From assembly GCA_038087875.1 (NCBI GenBank), contig JAXLNO010000600.1, positions 310,001 through 374,000 of the forward strand: 64,000 bases of DNA, read 5' to 3'. Of the stretch, positions 37,364-50,227 are shown one piece after another (position 1 is the first letter of the stretch; every line of letters starts with the position of its first letter). A model generated the notes under the pieces. The model was given only the letters and a program-made list of their open reading frames with translations. It did no database searches and was not told the DNA's origin. The stretch is from Malacoraja senta. Lineage: Eukaryota. Made by a program: the position numbers and the translations under genes.

Positions 37364-39469
37364 GGGTTATTTACAGAGTCCATTTTGTTTCTAATTTAAA
37401 TGCATAGCCACTCACATGTAATCGGGTTGGCTGGCAACACACACTGCAAGAGCTTGTAATCAATTAAACTTTTTGGAGATATTTACCTATCATCACTTCT
37501 CAATTAATCTGCACACAGTTTATCTCTGTTGCCCTTTTCCCCAGTTGAGAAGCATTTTACCAAGTAGCAACTTTAGCATTGTGTGAGAATGTCCTGTCCA
37601 TTGCTGTTGTCTTTCTTTTCATTTGCCTACGTTGCTTGCATTTAGATGTTATCTGTTTCAAAGGTGTCAAACCCTGGCTGTTTCTGTATAGAAGTGTCTT
37701 TATGATGTTGCAATAGACAATAGGTGCAGGAGTAGGCCATACTTTCAAGAGAGAGCTAGATAGGGCTCTTAAAGATAGCGGAGTCAGGGGATATGGGGAG
37801 AAGGCAGGAACGAGGTACTGATTGGGGATGATCAGCCATGATCACATTGAATGGCGGTGCTGGCTTGAAGGGCCGATGGCCTACTCCTGCACCTATTGTC
37901 TATTGTCATTATCATGGGATCTTACTATGCTCACTAGTTGCTGCATGTAGTACTTTACAACTTCAAATGTTCTTTAATGGGTAGAAAGTTCTTTGGAAGC
38001 TCAATGTCCATTTTCTCTGCAATAAATCATATTCTGTTCTGTGTAATCTGTCACAATAAACCCTTCCTAGTTCCATCCCTTGTGGCGGATAGGCAGCGCT
38101 GGGGATCCTCATGGCTGCACTTCTGTCTCAGTCAGGAGAGGGCAGTCTTGCCTAGTCCAATCCATGTTTCAGCATGTGTGATTCAGTAAGAAGCTATCCT
38201 TCAGCACCAAAAATTGCTCTGCTACAAAAGAGCAGCACGTTATGCTTGCAAAGCCTGAATCTTTCCGCAACAATTAGCAAAATTGAAACCACATAAACTT
38301 GCTAATGTAAAACAGTACGTTTATAACAGATTTATAAAGGAATTTTGCATTTTAGTAGCTCCTGTCACAACCCGAGGACACTCCCAAACCATTTTGATAG
38401 GTAAATGAGGGTAATGAAAGTAGGTTGTCATGTAGGAATTACTAGCCTGCAGAATGCCTCATGTGGCAACAAATGAACAGGTCATCTGTTTCAGGTAAAA
38501 ATCAACAAAGTACACATGTTGAGACCTGAAATAGAAAAAGAACATGCTGGAAGTACTTAACAGGTCAAGCAGCATGAGTGGAATGAGAAACTGTTAATGT
38601 TTCAGGTCAAAGTCCTTCATCAGAGTTCTGAGCATTACCTCTTCTTTCCACTGAAGCTCCATGACATGCTGAGTGTCTCCAGCATTTTCTGTTTTTGCAT
38701 CTCCTTTTAGGATAAATATTTTTAGCCTTATTACCGAGAATGCATCCTGAGATCCTTCACATCATTATCTGAAGAAAGGTTTGGACCCTAAATGTCACCC
38801 ATTCCTTCTCTCCAGAGATGTTGAGTTGAGTCCCGCTGAGTTATTCCAGCATTTTGTGTCTAACATCATTATCAAACACTTATTGACGGTCAGGCAAAGA
38901 AGGAAATATTGAGAATAAATACAAGCAACTTGAAAAGGGTTTGAAAATATTGATGTCACTGAGGAAAGGAATTCTAAAGATAGACACAGAATGCTGGAGT
39001 AACTCAGCGGGACAGGCAGCATCTCTGGAGAAAAGGAATGGGTGACGTTTTGGGTCGAGACCCTTCTTCAGACTTTGTCTGAAGTCTGAAGAAGGGTCTC
39101 GATCCGAAACGTCACCCATTCCGTCTCTCCAGCGATGCTGCCTATCCCCGCTGCATTTGTTCAGCATTTTGTGTCTATCTTTGTTTTAAGTCATCATCTG
39201 CAGTACCTTCGTACACGAGGGAATTCTAAAGCTTGGGGCCCAGGTATCTGAAAGCATGATTGCCATTGGTTGAGTAAAAGGAGTGGCATCACACTAGGTC
39301 AGAGTTTGTGAATATTGGTATTGGTTTATTGATACTGGTTTATTATTGTCACATGTACCGACTTAGAGTGAAAACTATGATTTGACGGCTATCCAGGTAA
39401 ATCATACCATGTACTGGTATATCAGGTAGTGCAAAAGAGAAAATAGACAGAATAGTGTGCGAGAAAACA

Positions 39470-39941
39470 CACAAAGTGGTGCAGTAACTCAGCGGGTCAG
39501 GCAGCATCTCCGGAGAACATGGATAGGTGACGTTTCACAGAGTGCTGGAGTAACTCAGCAGGTCAGGCAGCATCTCTGGGGAACATGGATAGGTGACGTT
39601 TCACAGAGTGCTGGAGTAGCTCAGCGGATCACGCAGCATCTGGAGAACATGGATAGGTGACGTTTCACAGAGTGCTGGAGTAACTCATTGGGTCAGGCAG
39701 CATCTGTGGAGAACATGGATAGGTGACGTTTCACAGAGTGCTGGAGTAACTCAGCGGGTCAGGCAGCATCTGTGGAGAACATGGATAGGTGACGTTTCAC
39801 AGAGTGCTGGAGTAACTCAGCGGGTCAGGCAGCATCTGTGGAGAACATGGATAGGTGACGTTTCACAGAGTGCTGGAGTAACACAGCGGGTCAGGCAGCA
39901 TCTCCGGAGAACATGGATGGGTGATGTTTCGGGTCGGGACC
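39470..39941. repeat. Tandem array, ~7 x 66 bp, derived from Penelope pLTR
   Basis: Unit CAGAGTGCTGGAGTAACTCAGCGGGTCAGGCAGCATCTGTGGAGAACATGGATAGGTGACGTTTCA. Confidence 0.92.
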
Positions 39942-42076
39942 TGATTAAGCGGGGCTTGAGTGAAAAGGAGAAACTGGATAAACTGGGATTGTTTTTTTGT
40001 GGAACGAAGGAAGCTGTGCTGATTTTAGTTTATAAAAATCACGAGAAGCGTAGATAAGGTGGATTGCCATGGGGTAGGGGAGCCTAAAACAAGATATCAG
40101 GTTCAAGGTGAGTGGAGCAAGATCTAGAGGGGACCTAAGGGGCAGGTTTTTCAACAGGGATCTTGGTGAATGGAATGAGCTGCCAAAGGATCTGTTAGAA
40201 GCGGGTACAATCACAACATATAAAGATCATTTGGACAAGTAGATGGCTAGGAAAGTTTAGAAGAAGTGTGTTCGGTTCTACTTATTTAGATATAGTTTTT
40301 GATAATTGGAACTCCCTGCTTGAGGAGGTGGTGGCGTTAGATACCTTTAAGAGACAGTCACTTAACTAGGCAAGGTATAGAATGAAAAGACCTTTAAGCG
40401 GGCAAATGGGATTAGTGTCGATGGGAAGAAAGGTCGGCATGGATGTGGTGGGCCGAAGGAACCATTTTTGTGCCGTACAACATCATGACTGTAATGAGTG
40501 AAGTCATTGTTAACTGTGAAATCAGTCCAAGCTGCATTTTGAAAGCTGATCCTGAATAATTTGTGCATGGCTTTTCACATGGATACCAATTGCACTTGCC
40601 TCTCCCATCCAGTTCTTGAGACATCAAACATCTTGATTGTGGGATTTCTCAAGCTTTTGCAGCAGTGGTTTCACTGACTCTGTCAGACTCAAAGGGAACT
40701 CATTGATTTTGTTCTTTAAAAAAAAAAAAAAATGCTTGCTGCTTGCCCTCTTTCCCCCTTATTCCCTGAACCGGTTTCGAAGGATGTCAAAAGAGCCTGT
40801 GAGCTCCTCCCGATGAGAAATGTGTTGGCGCCACATTAAAGAGATGGAGTTAAATGCCATCTTTTGAACACTTGATGACCTGTGGGGCTGAGGTCAGCTT
40901 TCTTGCCAGTTAAGATTAGAGGCAGTGCTCCTTTAACAAAAGCAATGCCAAGCTGGTTTCCTGGCTGAGACAGCGCTCCTATTGTCTGCTTGTGTAAACT
41001 AGTGCCAAAGGGAGATTGCCGAGGATTGGAGACTGACGTGGGACATGTTTTCATTTTTTTGTTTCTCAGTCTGCAGCTGCAATGAAAAGGAGCAACGGCT
41101 TCGGAGGATGGAGTGAAGTTCTGAGCGATTGTCTGGAGCTGAGAGAGGGTCTCACCATTTTATTTTGGGAGTGGGAAAGAAAGTAGAAGATTGTTTCTTC
41201 AGAGCAACATTCTTGACACTGCAAGAATTGTACTAATAGGACTAAAAGCAGAAACTGCAGGAAACACTCAGCAGGTCAGGCAGCGTCTATGGACATTTCA
41301 CAGATTCAGAGAGTCGTAAAGTGTGGGCACCGATCCTTCTGCCCAACTTGCCCACGCTGACCAACATGCCCCGTCTACACGGGTCCCGCATGCATGCGTT
41401 TGGCCCATATCTTGTAACCTTTCCTATCAAGTCAAGTCAACTATATTTGTCACATACACATACAAGATGTGCAGTGAAATGAAAGTGGCAATGCCTGCGG
41501 ATTGTGCAAAAACTACAGAACAGAACAGAACCAGTATTTACATTTTAGAAAAAAAAAATTGCGTTCCTGTCCAAATGATTTTTAAACATTGTGATAGTAT
41601 CTACCTCAACTACCTCCTCCGGCAGCTCATTCCATATTTCAGGTAACATTTCGGGTCAAAAACTTTTGTGTCAGAGCTGGGAAAGAAAGAAATCAAATTG
41701 TGTTTAAGTTGCAGAGAATGAGGGAGTGTTGGATAGGATAAAACAAATATCTTTGAGAGGATGATGCCAGGGTTTCCTTTGGAATAGGCTGTGGAGGCCA
41801 TGTGGCCATTATGTTAATTGGGACGGAGAGGGGGGGGGGGGGAAATTAGCTAAAAATAGGAAATGATGGCTGTAACGGAGAGACACAAACAAAGGAAAAC
41901 AAGGTGCAAAATGCAGGGCTGAAGAAGGGTCCTCACCCCAAACATCACATACACATGTTCTCCAAAGATTCTGCGTGACCTACTGAGTCACTCCAGCACT
42001 TTATGTCCTTTTGGTTCAAGAACCTGATTTTGTTTTTGGAGGAAGCTGTTCTTGAACCTGAAGGTAATGGTTCCTA

Positions 42077-42262
42077 AGGGCCTGTCCCACTTAGGCGACT
42101 CTTTAGGCGACTGCCAGGGACTAGTTTTAATGGAATTCACCTACGACACCTGGCAACAACCTACGACAACACCTACGTCAACCTACGACAACCTATGACA
42201 GCAAACATTGTCATCGAAAATATTTCAACATGCCAAAAAATCACCTAAGTGGGACAGGCCCA
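42077..42262. mobile_element. PIF/Harbinger-type MITE, same TIR family as 35357-35676
   Basis: GGGCCTGTCCCACTTAGG ... CCTAAGTGGGACAGGCCC; CTA/TTA flanks. Confidence 0.85.
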
Positions 42263-42521
42263 TTAGGCTTGTTGTCTTGTTGAAAGAATCAGCAGCTTCA
42301 GTTGTCTTCAGCAGCTCATGAGAATCCTGGTCTGTCACCAATCAAAATGGTAAAGTAGCATCTGCAAAGTCAGGATCACATGGAAATGCAGAAAAAAATG
42401 GTCTAACCTTCTACATTGCTCACGCACCTGTTCCACCACCAACTCCCCCTTTGTTCTCGGTTCCCCCCCTCCGGGTCCCCCTTGCATCACTGTACTAATG
42501 TACACCTCTTTTATTACACAG

Positions 42522-42614
42522 TGAATGAACTGAGTGATGAAGCCCCATGGAAGACCGTAGCCATGACCGTCTGCTTGTATGTCCTCCTCAAATTCCTGCA
42601 GGGAGGTGGTACAG
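42522..42614 (+). CDS. ABCB6: ABCB6 coding exon 4 (93 nt)
   Basis: (V)[30 protein letters not shown](G); acceptor TACACAG|, donor |GTAAGA; phase 1/1. Confidence 0.93.
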
Positions 42615-43699
42615 GTAAGAGGTCGACCTGGAGTGAATTTTAAGTTTTGTTATTTGATTCAATACGAAGGAACATAAATTTGAATCTATGTTGAATATAA
42701 CAAATACTGTCAAGTTGTTTAAGAAGGAACTGCAGATGCTGGAAAATCGAAGGTAGACAAAAATACTGGAGAAACTCAGCGGGTGAGGCAGCATCTATGG
42801 AGCGAAGGAAATAGCCGACGTTTCAGACTGAAGACGGGTCTCGACTCGAAACGTCACCTATTCCTTTGCTCCACAGTTGCTGCCTCACCCGCTGAGTTTC
42901 TCCAGTATTTTTGTCTACCTACAAATACTGTCAATGTCTCTCACTGAAAATTGTGGTGCTCTGGAATCCTCCTCTTTGACTTTGTTTATTTTGTTTAAAA
43001 CAAACAAATTTTTGTAAAGGCTTAAGGTCAAGTGAAGGAACTGCAGATGCTGACTTAAATCAAAGATAGACACAAACAGCTGGAGTAACTCAGCGGGTCA
43101 GTCAGCATCTCGGGAGAAAAGGAATAGGTGACGTTTCACTTCTTCCGACTCGACCCGAAACGTCACCTATTCCTTTTCTCCAGAGATGCTCTCTGACCCG
43201 CTGAGTTACTCCAGTTGTTTGTGTCTATCTTTGATTGAAGAAAGCATCTGCAGGTCCTTCTTACACAGAGTCAAGTGGTCTAGAAGAATTCTATTTCCAC
43301 AGCCCTTTTCATTAGTGCAGAAGACAGTATTCCAAAGTATGTAGCAGGCAATTAAGTACATTGGAAATGCAGATGTTTCTAGAAAATGTTTCAGCCAATT
43401 TGGACGGGGAAGATTCCATATCATGCAGTATGATAAATAATATTTTGGTCGTCATATCTGTCACTGAATTTAATACAATTTAAGAACTCTTTTGAAGAGC
43501 TGGTACAGGCACAATGCCTTTCCTACCACAACCTCCACCCCAGGTTTTACCCGAGATAGGGGCAGATAATTTGTACGTGAATGTGAAGCATGGTGGATAA
43601 TAAAGTTGCACAGAGAAAGAATGTGGCCAGAATGCTGTGTGGATTAGGAGTTACTAGTTTCAAGGAAAGGTTGAACAAACTTGGATTGTTTTCTGTAGC

Positions 43700-44105
43700 A
43701 ATAGACATTAGACAATTGACAATAGGTACAGGAGTAGGCCATTCGGCCTTTTGAGCCAGCACTACCATTCAATGTGATCATGGCTGATCATCCCCAATCA
43801 GTGCATCTAGCGTGTCCAAACCCTTAATAATCTTATATTTTTCAATAAGATCTCCTCTCATCCTTCTAAACTCCAGAGTATACAAGCCCAGCCGCTCCAT
43901 TCTCTCAGTATATGACAGATCCGCCATCCCGGAAATTAACCTTGTAAACCTACGCTGCACTCCCTCAATAGCAAGAATGTCCTTCCTCAAATTAGGGGAC
44001 CAAAACTGCACACAATACTCTAGGTGTGGTCTCACTAGGGCCCTGTACAACTGCAGAAGGACCTCTTTGCTCCTATATTCGATTCCTCTTGTTATAAAGG
44101 CCAAT
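43700..44105 (-). mobile_element. CR1 3' portion with internal deletion
   Basis: [18 protein letters not shown] joined directly to the 3' UTR. Confidence 0.88.
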
Positions 44106-44127
44106 CATGGATGATCATCCACAATCA

Positions 44128-45285
44128 GTAAAACACAAAAATCTGGAGTAACTCAGCGGGACAGGGAACTTCTCTGGGGGGAAGGAATGGGTGACGTTTT
44201 GGTTCGAGACTCTTCTTCAGACTGGTTAGGGATAAGGGAAACGAGAGATATAGATGGTGATGTGGAGAGATAAAGAACAATGAATGAAAGATATGCAAAA
44301 AAGTAACGGTTATTGGAAACAGGCCATTGTTATCTGTTTGTTGGGTGAAAACGAGAAGCCAGTGCGACTTGGGTGGGAGAGTGATGGAGAGAGAGAGGGA
44401 ATGCCGGGGCTCCCTGAAGTGAATGAATTCAATATTCATGCCACTGGGCTGTAAGCTGCCCAAGCAAAATATGAGATGCTGTTCCTCCACTTTGCGTTTA
44501 GTCTCACTCTGATAATGGAGGAGACCGAGGACAGAAAGTTCTGTTTAGGAATGGGAAGGAGAATTAAAGTGTCCAGCAACCGGGAGATCAGGTTGGTTCA
44601 CGCGGGCTGAGTGAAGGTGTTCCGCGAAACGATTGCCCAGTCTGCGTTTGGTCTCGCCGATGTACAAGAGTCGACATCTTGAACAACGGATACAGTAGAT
44701 GAGGTTGGAGGAGGTGCAAGTGGACCTCTGCCTAACCTGAAAGGACTGTCGGGGTCCCTGGACAGATTAGAAGGAGGAGGTATAGTGACAGGTGTTGCAT
44801 CTTCTGCGGTTGCAGGGGAAGGTACCTGGGGAGGGGGTGGTTTCGGTGGGAAGGGATGAGTTAACCAGGGAGTTGCGGAGGGAATGGTCTCTGCGGAAGG
44901 TGGAAAGGGGTGGAGATGGGAAAATGTGGCTAGTAGTGGTAACCTATTGGTGGTGGTGGAAATTTCGGAGGATTATGTGTTGTATGTGACGGCTGATGGG
45001 TGGAAGGTAAGGACTAGGGGGACTCTGTCTCTTGTTGCGACTGGGGGAGGGGGAGCAAGGGCAGAGCTGTGGGGTACCGAGGAGACACGAGTGAGGGCCT
45101 CATCTATGATGGGAGAGGGGAACCCCCGTTCCCTAAAGAATGAGGACATCTCGGATGTTCTATTATGGAACACCTCATCTTGGGCACAGCAGATGTGGTG
45201 TAGACAGAGGAATTAGGAGTAGGGGATAGAGTCTTTGCAGGAAGCAGGGTGGCAAGAAGTGTAGTCGAGATAGTTGTGGGAGTCA
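44128..45285 (-). mobile_element. Penelope-like element 3' part (RT C-terminus, GIY-YIG endonuclease, pLTR)
   Basis: SEMSSFFRERGFP, DRVPLVLTFHP, NLIYCIRCSRCRLLYIGETKRRLGNRFAEH and EEQHLIFCLGSLQPSGMNIEF. Confidence 0.9.
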
Positions 45286-45286
45286 C

Positions 45287-45630
45287 AATCAGTACTCCGT
45301 TCCTGTTTTCTCCCAATATCCCTTGATTCCGTTAGCCCTAAGAGCTATATCTAACTCTCTCTTGAAAACATCCAGTGAATTGGCCTCTGCCTTCTGTGGC
45401 TGAGAATTCCACAGATTCACGACTCTTTGTGTGAAAATGTTTTTCCTCATCTCTGTCCTAAATGGCCTACCCCTTAATCTTAAATTGTGACCTCTGGTTC
45501 TGGACTCCCTCAACATCAGGAACATTTTTCCTGCATCTAGCCTGCTCAATCCCTTAAGAATTTTATATGTTTCTCTAAGATCCCCTCTCATCTTTCTAAA
45601 TTGCAATGAATACAACCCCAGTCAATCCAG
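45287..45630 (-). mobile_element. CR1 3' fragment
   Basis: RGDLRETYKILKG..WNSQP. Confidence 0.85.
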
Positions 45631-45711
45631 TACAGTACCCAGCTTCCACGGAGAATGCGGGTTGCTGTTTATTTGAATATACTGCTTGCATGAGAATTAA
45701 AAAAAGAAGAC

Positions 45712-46590
45712 TGTACAGTTGTATAGGGCCTTAGTGAGACCACACCTGGAGTATTGTGTGCAGTTTTGGTCCCCTATCTTGCTATTGAGGGAGTGCAGCG
45801 TAGGTTTACAAGGTTAATTCCCGGGATGGCGGGACTGTCTAATGCTGAGAGAATGGAGCGGCTGGGCTTGTATACTCTGGAGTTTAGAAGGATGAGAGGG
45901 GATCTTCAAGTCAAGAGTCAAGAGAGTTTATTGTCATGTGTCCCAGATAGGACAATGAAATTCTTGCTTTGCTTCAGCACAACAGAATATAGTAGGCATG
46001 AATACAGAACATATCAGTGTGTCCATATACCATAATATAAACATATACACACATCAATAAATAAGCAGATAAAGTGCAAATAAACAGATAATGGTCTATT
46101 AATGTTCAGAGATTTGTTTCAGTTGAGTTTAATAGCCTGATGGCTGAGGGGAAGTAGCTATTTCTGAACCTGGACGTTGCAGTCTTCAGGCTCCTGTACC
46201 TTCTACCTGAAACATTGAAACATAAGATTATTAAGGGTTTGGACACGCTAGAGGCAGGAAACATGTTCCCCATGTTGGGGGAGTCCAGAACCAGGGACCA
46301 CAGTTTAAGAATAACGGGTAAGCCATTTAGAACGGAGACGAGGAAACACTTTTTCTCACAGAGAGTTGTGAGTCTGTGGAATTCTCTGCCTCAGAGGGCG
46401 GTGGAGGCCAGTTCTCTGGATACTTTCAAGAAAGAGCTAGATAGGGCTCTTAAAGAGAGCGGAGTCAGAGGATATGGGGAGAAGGCGGGAACGGGGTACT
46501 GATTGGGGATGATCAGCCATGATCACATTGAATGGCGGTGCTGGCTCGGGGACGAATGACCTACTCCTGCACTTATTGTCTATTGTCTAT
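45712..46590 (+). mobile_element. CR1 3' portion interrupted by a Rex1 3' end (-) at ~45907-46210
   Basis: CR1 ORF breaks at RGDL and resumes at IETxKI; the insert has a CTTGA tail. Confidence 0.85.
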
Positions 46591-46925
46591 CATATGCTAA
46601 TATTCCTTGGGTAAACCTTTAAATTAATTGGTGTACTGTATGTCACCTCCTTACCCTTTTAAATTACAATTTTACGCTACAATTCTACATTTTAAGGCTA
46701 AACAGTACTAATGTAATATACCAGCAAAAGTAAATCAAATGAATGACTGTACTTACCATCACAGGAAGTACCAAATCATCACAGAGCAAAGAGCTAATAA
46801 TCAGCCTAAAACTGCACGCCTCTGCCGATAAATTAAAAATATCTTTCACACTTTTGTGTAAAATTTGAAATGAAATTCACTGTTAACATACTTCAAAAGA
46901 ATTTTATGTAGCAAGGAACTGCAGA

Positions 46926-48058
46926 TCAAGCGAATCAAGTGTTTTATTGTCATATGTCCCGGATGGGACAAGGAAATTCTTTCTTGCTGCAGCACAACAG
47001 AACATGTGAATATGCAAACATTGTACATAACGGGGGAAGAGAAAAAAAAGAAAAAGTTCAATAAATAACAAATATGGTGCAGTCATCATATAGTCTTTTG
47101 CAGTTCAGACCTCATAGCTTATTCGTTGTGTTTAATAGCCCGATGGCTGTAGGGAAGAAGCTGTTCCTGAACCTGGACGTTACAGTTTTCAGGCTCCTGT
47201 ACCTTCTTCCTGATGGCAGTGGCGAAATGAGTGTGTGGCCAGGATGGTGTGGGTCTTTGATGATGTTGGCAGCCTATTTGAGGCAGCGACTACGATAGAT
47301 CCCTTCGATGGTGGGGAGGTCAAAGCTGGTGATGGACTGGGCAGTGGTCTCAACTTTATGTAGTCTTTTCCGCTCCTGGACGTTCAAGTTGCCGAACCAG
47401 GCCCCGATGCAACCAGTCAGAATGCTCTCTACCGTGCACCTGTCGAAGTTTAGGAGAATCCTCTTCGACATGCCGAATCTCCGTAATCTTCTCAGAAAGT
47501 AGAGTCGCTGGTGTGCCTTCTTTATAAATTGCATCGGTGTGCTGGGTCCAGGAAAGATCTTCGGAAATATGCGTGCCCAGGAATTTGAAGTTTTTGACCC
47601 TCTCCGCCACCGTCCCATTGATGTGAACAGGATTGTGGGTCCTCATCCTTCCCCTACCAAAGTCCACAATCAGTTCCTTGGTCTTACTGATGTTGAGAGC
47701 CAGGTTGTTGTGCTGGCACCATTTGGTCAGTCGGTTGCTCTCACATCTATACTTGACTCATCTGTGATTTGTCCAACAACAGTGATGTCGTTGGCGAACT
47801 TGATGATGGAGTTTGCACTGTGTCCGGCTACGCAGTCATGGGTATAGAGTGAGTAAAGAAGGGGGCTGAGCACGCAGCCTTGAGGTGCTCCCGTACTAAT
47901 TGTTACTGAGGATGAAGTGTTTCTGCCAGTCGAACAGACTGTGATCTGTGGATGAGGAAGTCGAGGATCCAAATTGCAGAGGGATGCGCAGAGGCCCAGT
48001 TCTGTGAGCTTGGTAACCAGCTTGGAGGTGATGACGGTATTAAACGCCGAGCTGTAGT
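46926..48058 (-). mobile_element. Rex1/Babar LINE, 5'-truncated, inserted into a Penelope-derived repeat
   Basis: [20 protein letters not shown] and KKAHQRLYFLRRLR; flanks rejoin as AAGGAACTGCAGAT..TAAACC..AAGATAGAC. Confidence 0.9.
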
Positions 48059-48284
48059 CGGCGTTTACTGTTGGCTAAACCCTAAGATAGACGCAAAAAG
48101 ATGGAGTAACTCAGCGGGACAGACAGCATCTCTGGAGAGAAGGAATGGGTGACTTTTCGGGTCGAGACCCTTCTTTAGACTCAAAAGATTTTTTGTTGGG
48201 TGCATGAGAATTCTTGGTACATAACTACCAGATAAATAAGAATGTATTGTAGTTTATGCTTAACTGCTATTTGTTTCTATTCAG

Positions 48285-48477
48285 GGTCATCTGGATTTGT
48301 AAACAACATACGTTCCTTTATGTGGATTAAAGTCCAACAATACACCAGCCGACATGTTCAGATCGGACTTTTTGCTCACCTTCATTCCCTTTCTCTTCGC
48401 TGGCACCTTGGCAGAAAGACTGGGGAAGTCCTTCGCAGCGTGGATCGTGGCACCAACAGTATTAACAACTTGCTGAG
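48285..48477 (+). CDS. ABCB6: ABCB6 coding exon 5 (193 nt)
   Basis: [56 protein letters not shown]; acceptor TATTCAG|, donor |GTACTG; phase 1/2. Confidence 0.96.
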
Positions 48478-48574
48478 GTACTGAAGATAATGCAAGGGTA
48501 TTCTTCAGCAATTGGTGTGTTTCTGCTAGGATTTATGTCTGCCATTATTCGCATAGATTTGGCTGATAAATAGT

Positions 48575-49800
48575 CATACAATGTGGAAACAGGCCCTTTG
48601 GCCCAATTTGCCCACACCAGCCATCATGTCCCATCTACACTAGTCCCACCTTCCTGTGTTTGGCACATATTCCTCCAAACAATAGACAATAGGTGCAGGA
48701 GTAGGCCATTCGGCCCTTCGATCCAGCACCGCCATTCAATGTGATCATGGCTGATCATCCCCAATCAGTACCCCGTTCCTGCCTTCTCCCCATATCCCCT
48801 GACTCCGCTATCTTTAAGAGCCCTATCTAGCTCTCTCTTGAAAGTATCCAGAGAACCGGCCTCCATCACCCTCTGAGGCAGAGAATTTCACAGACTCACA
48901 ACTCACTGTGAGAAAAAGTGTTTCCTCATCTCCGTTCTAAATAGCTTATCTCTTATTCTTAAACTGTGGACCCTGGTTCTGGACTTCCCTGACATCGGGA
49001 ACATGTTTCCTGCCTCTAGCGTGTCCAAACCTATCCTATCCATGTACCTATCTAATTGTTTCTTAAATGTTTTGATAGTCCCTGGCTCAACTACCTCCTC
49101 TAGCAGCTCATTTTATACACCCACCATACTTTGTGTGAAAAAGTTACCCCTCAGATTCCTATTAAATCTTTTCCCCTTCACCTTAAACCTATGTCCTCTG
49201 GTCCTCGATTCCCCTACTCTGGGCAAGAAACTGTGCGTATACCCGATCTATTCCTGTCATATGTTGAGAGAATGGAGCGGCTGGGCTTGTATACTCTGGA
49301 GTTTAGAAGGATGAGAGGTAACCTTATTGAAACATATAAGATTATTAAGGGTTTGGACACGCTAGAGGCAGGAAACATGTTCCCGATGTTGGGGGAGTCC
49401 AGAACCAGGGGCCACAGTTTAAGAATAAGGGGTAAGCCATTTAGAACGGAGACGAAAACACTTCTTCACACAGAGAGTTGTGAGTCTGTGGAATTCTCTG
49501 CCTCAGAGGGCGGTGGAGGCCGGTTCTCTGGATACTTTCAAGAGCGAGCTAGATAGGGCTCTTAAAGATAGCAAAGTCAGGGGATATGGGGAGAAGGCAG
49601 GAACGGGGTTGTAGATGATCAGCCATGATCACATTGAATGGCGGTGCTGGCTCGAAGGGCCGAATGACCTACTCCTGCATCTATTGTCTATTATTTTATA
49701 CACCTCTATAAGATCACTCCTCATCCTTCTGCCCTCCAAAGTATAGAGTCCCAGCTTTCTGAACCTCTCCCAAGAGCTCAGACCCTCGAGTCCTGGCAAA
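48575..49800. mobile_element. Older CR1 3' end (-) carrying two younger CR1 inserts (~48680-49030 on -, ~49253-49694 on +)
   Basis: The older element's sequence resumes after each insert; both inserts have ATTGTCT tails. Confidence 0.8.
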
Positions 49801-50033
49801 TGTCAGCAGTTATACACAAAATGCCACAGGTTTCTATGTTTCAAGATTGTTGCTGATCAGAAGCCAGTGTTTATTAACAGAGGAACTTAATCCAAACGCT
49901 ATTCAGGCCATGAACACCTTTGTTTTTCTTTTCACAGACGCTTTCTAATTTACTGACTAATTTCCAGCAGTTTGTGCTTTTGATTTAATGGTAGTAATTT
50001 TGCTTAATCTAATATATAAATGTTATTTTCCAG

Positions 50034-50155
50034 CTACATTATTTTCAGCATCTTCCCGATGATTGCTGATATTGTCATCGCCATCATTTACTTCAGTACA
50101 AATTTCAATGCCTGGTTTGGACTCATTGTCTTTATATGCATGGTGTTCTACTTGA
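50034..50155 (+). CDS. ABCB6: ABCB6 coding exon 6 (122 nt)
   Basis: (S)[40 protein letters not shown]; acceptor TTTCCAG|, donor |GTAAGT; phase 2/1. Confidence 0.95.
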
Positions 50156-50227
50156 GTAAGTATCCGATCCCGTACATTATTCCTTGATACCTTCTTGAGT
50201 GTTAACTGTTGTCAATGGTTTACATGC

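Noticed and set aside
39470..39941. CRISPR-like regular array
   Set aside because: Whole units repeat head-to-tail with no unique spacers; the sequence derives from a Penelope pLTR in a eukaryotic intron
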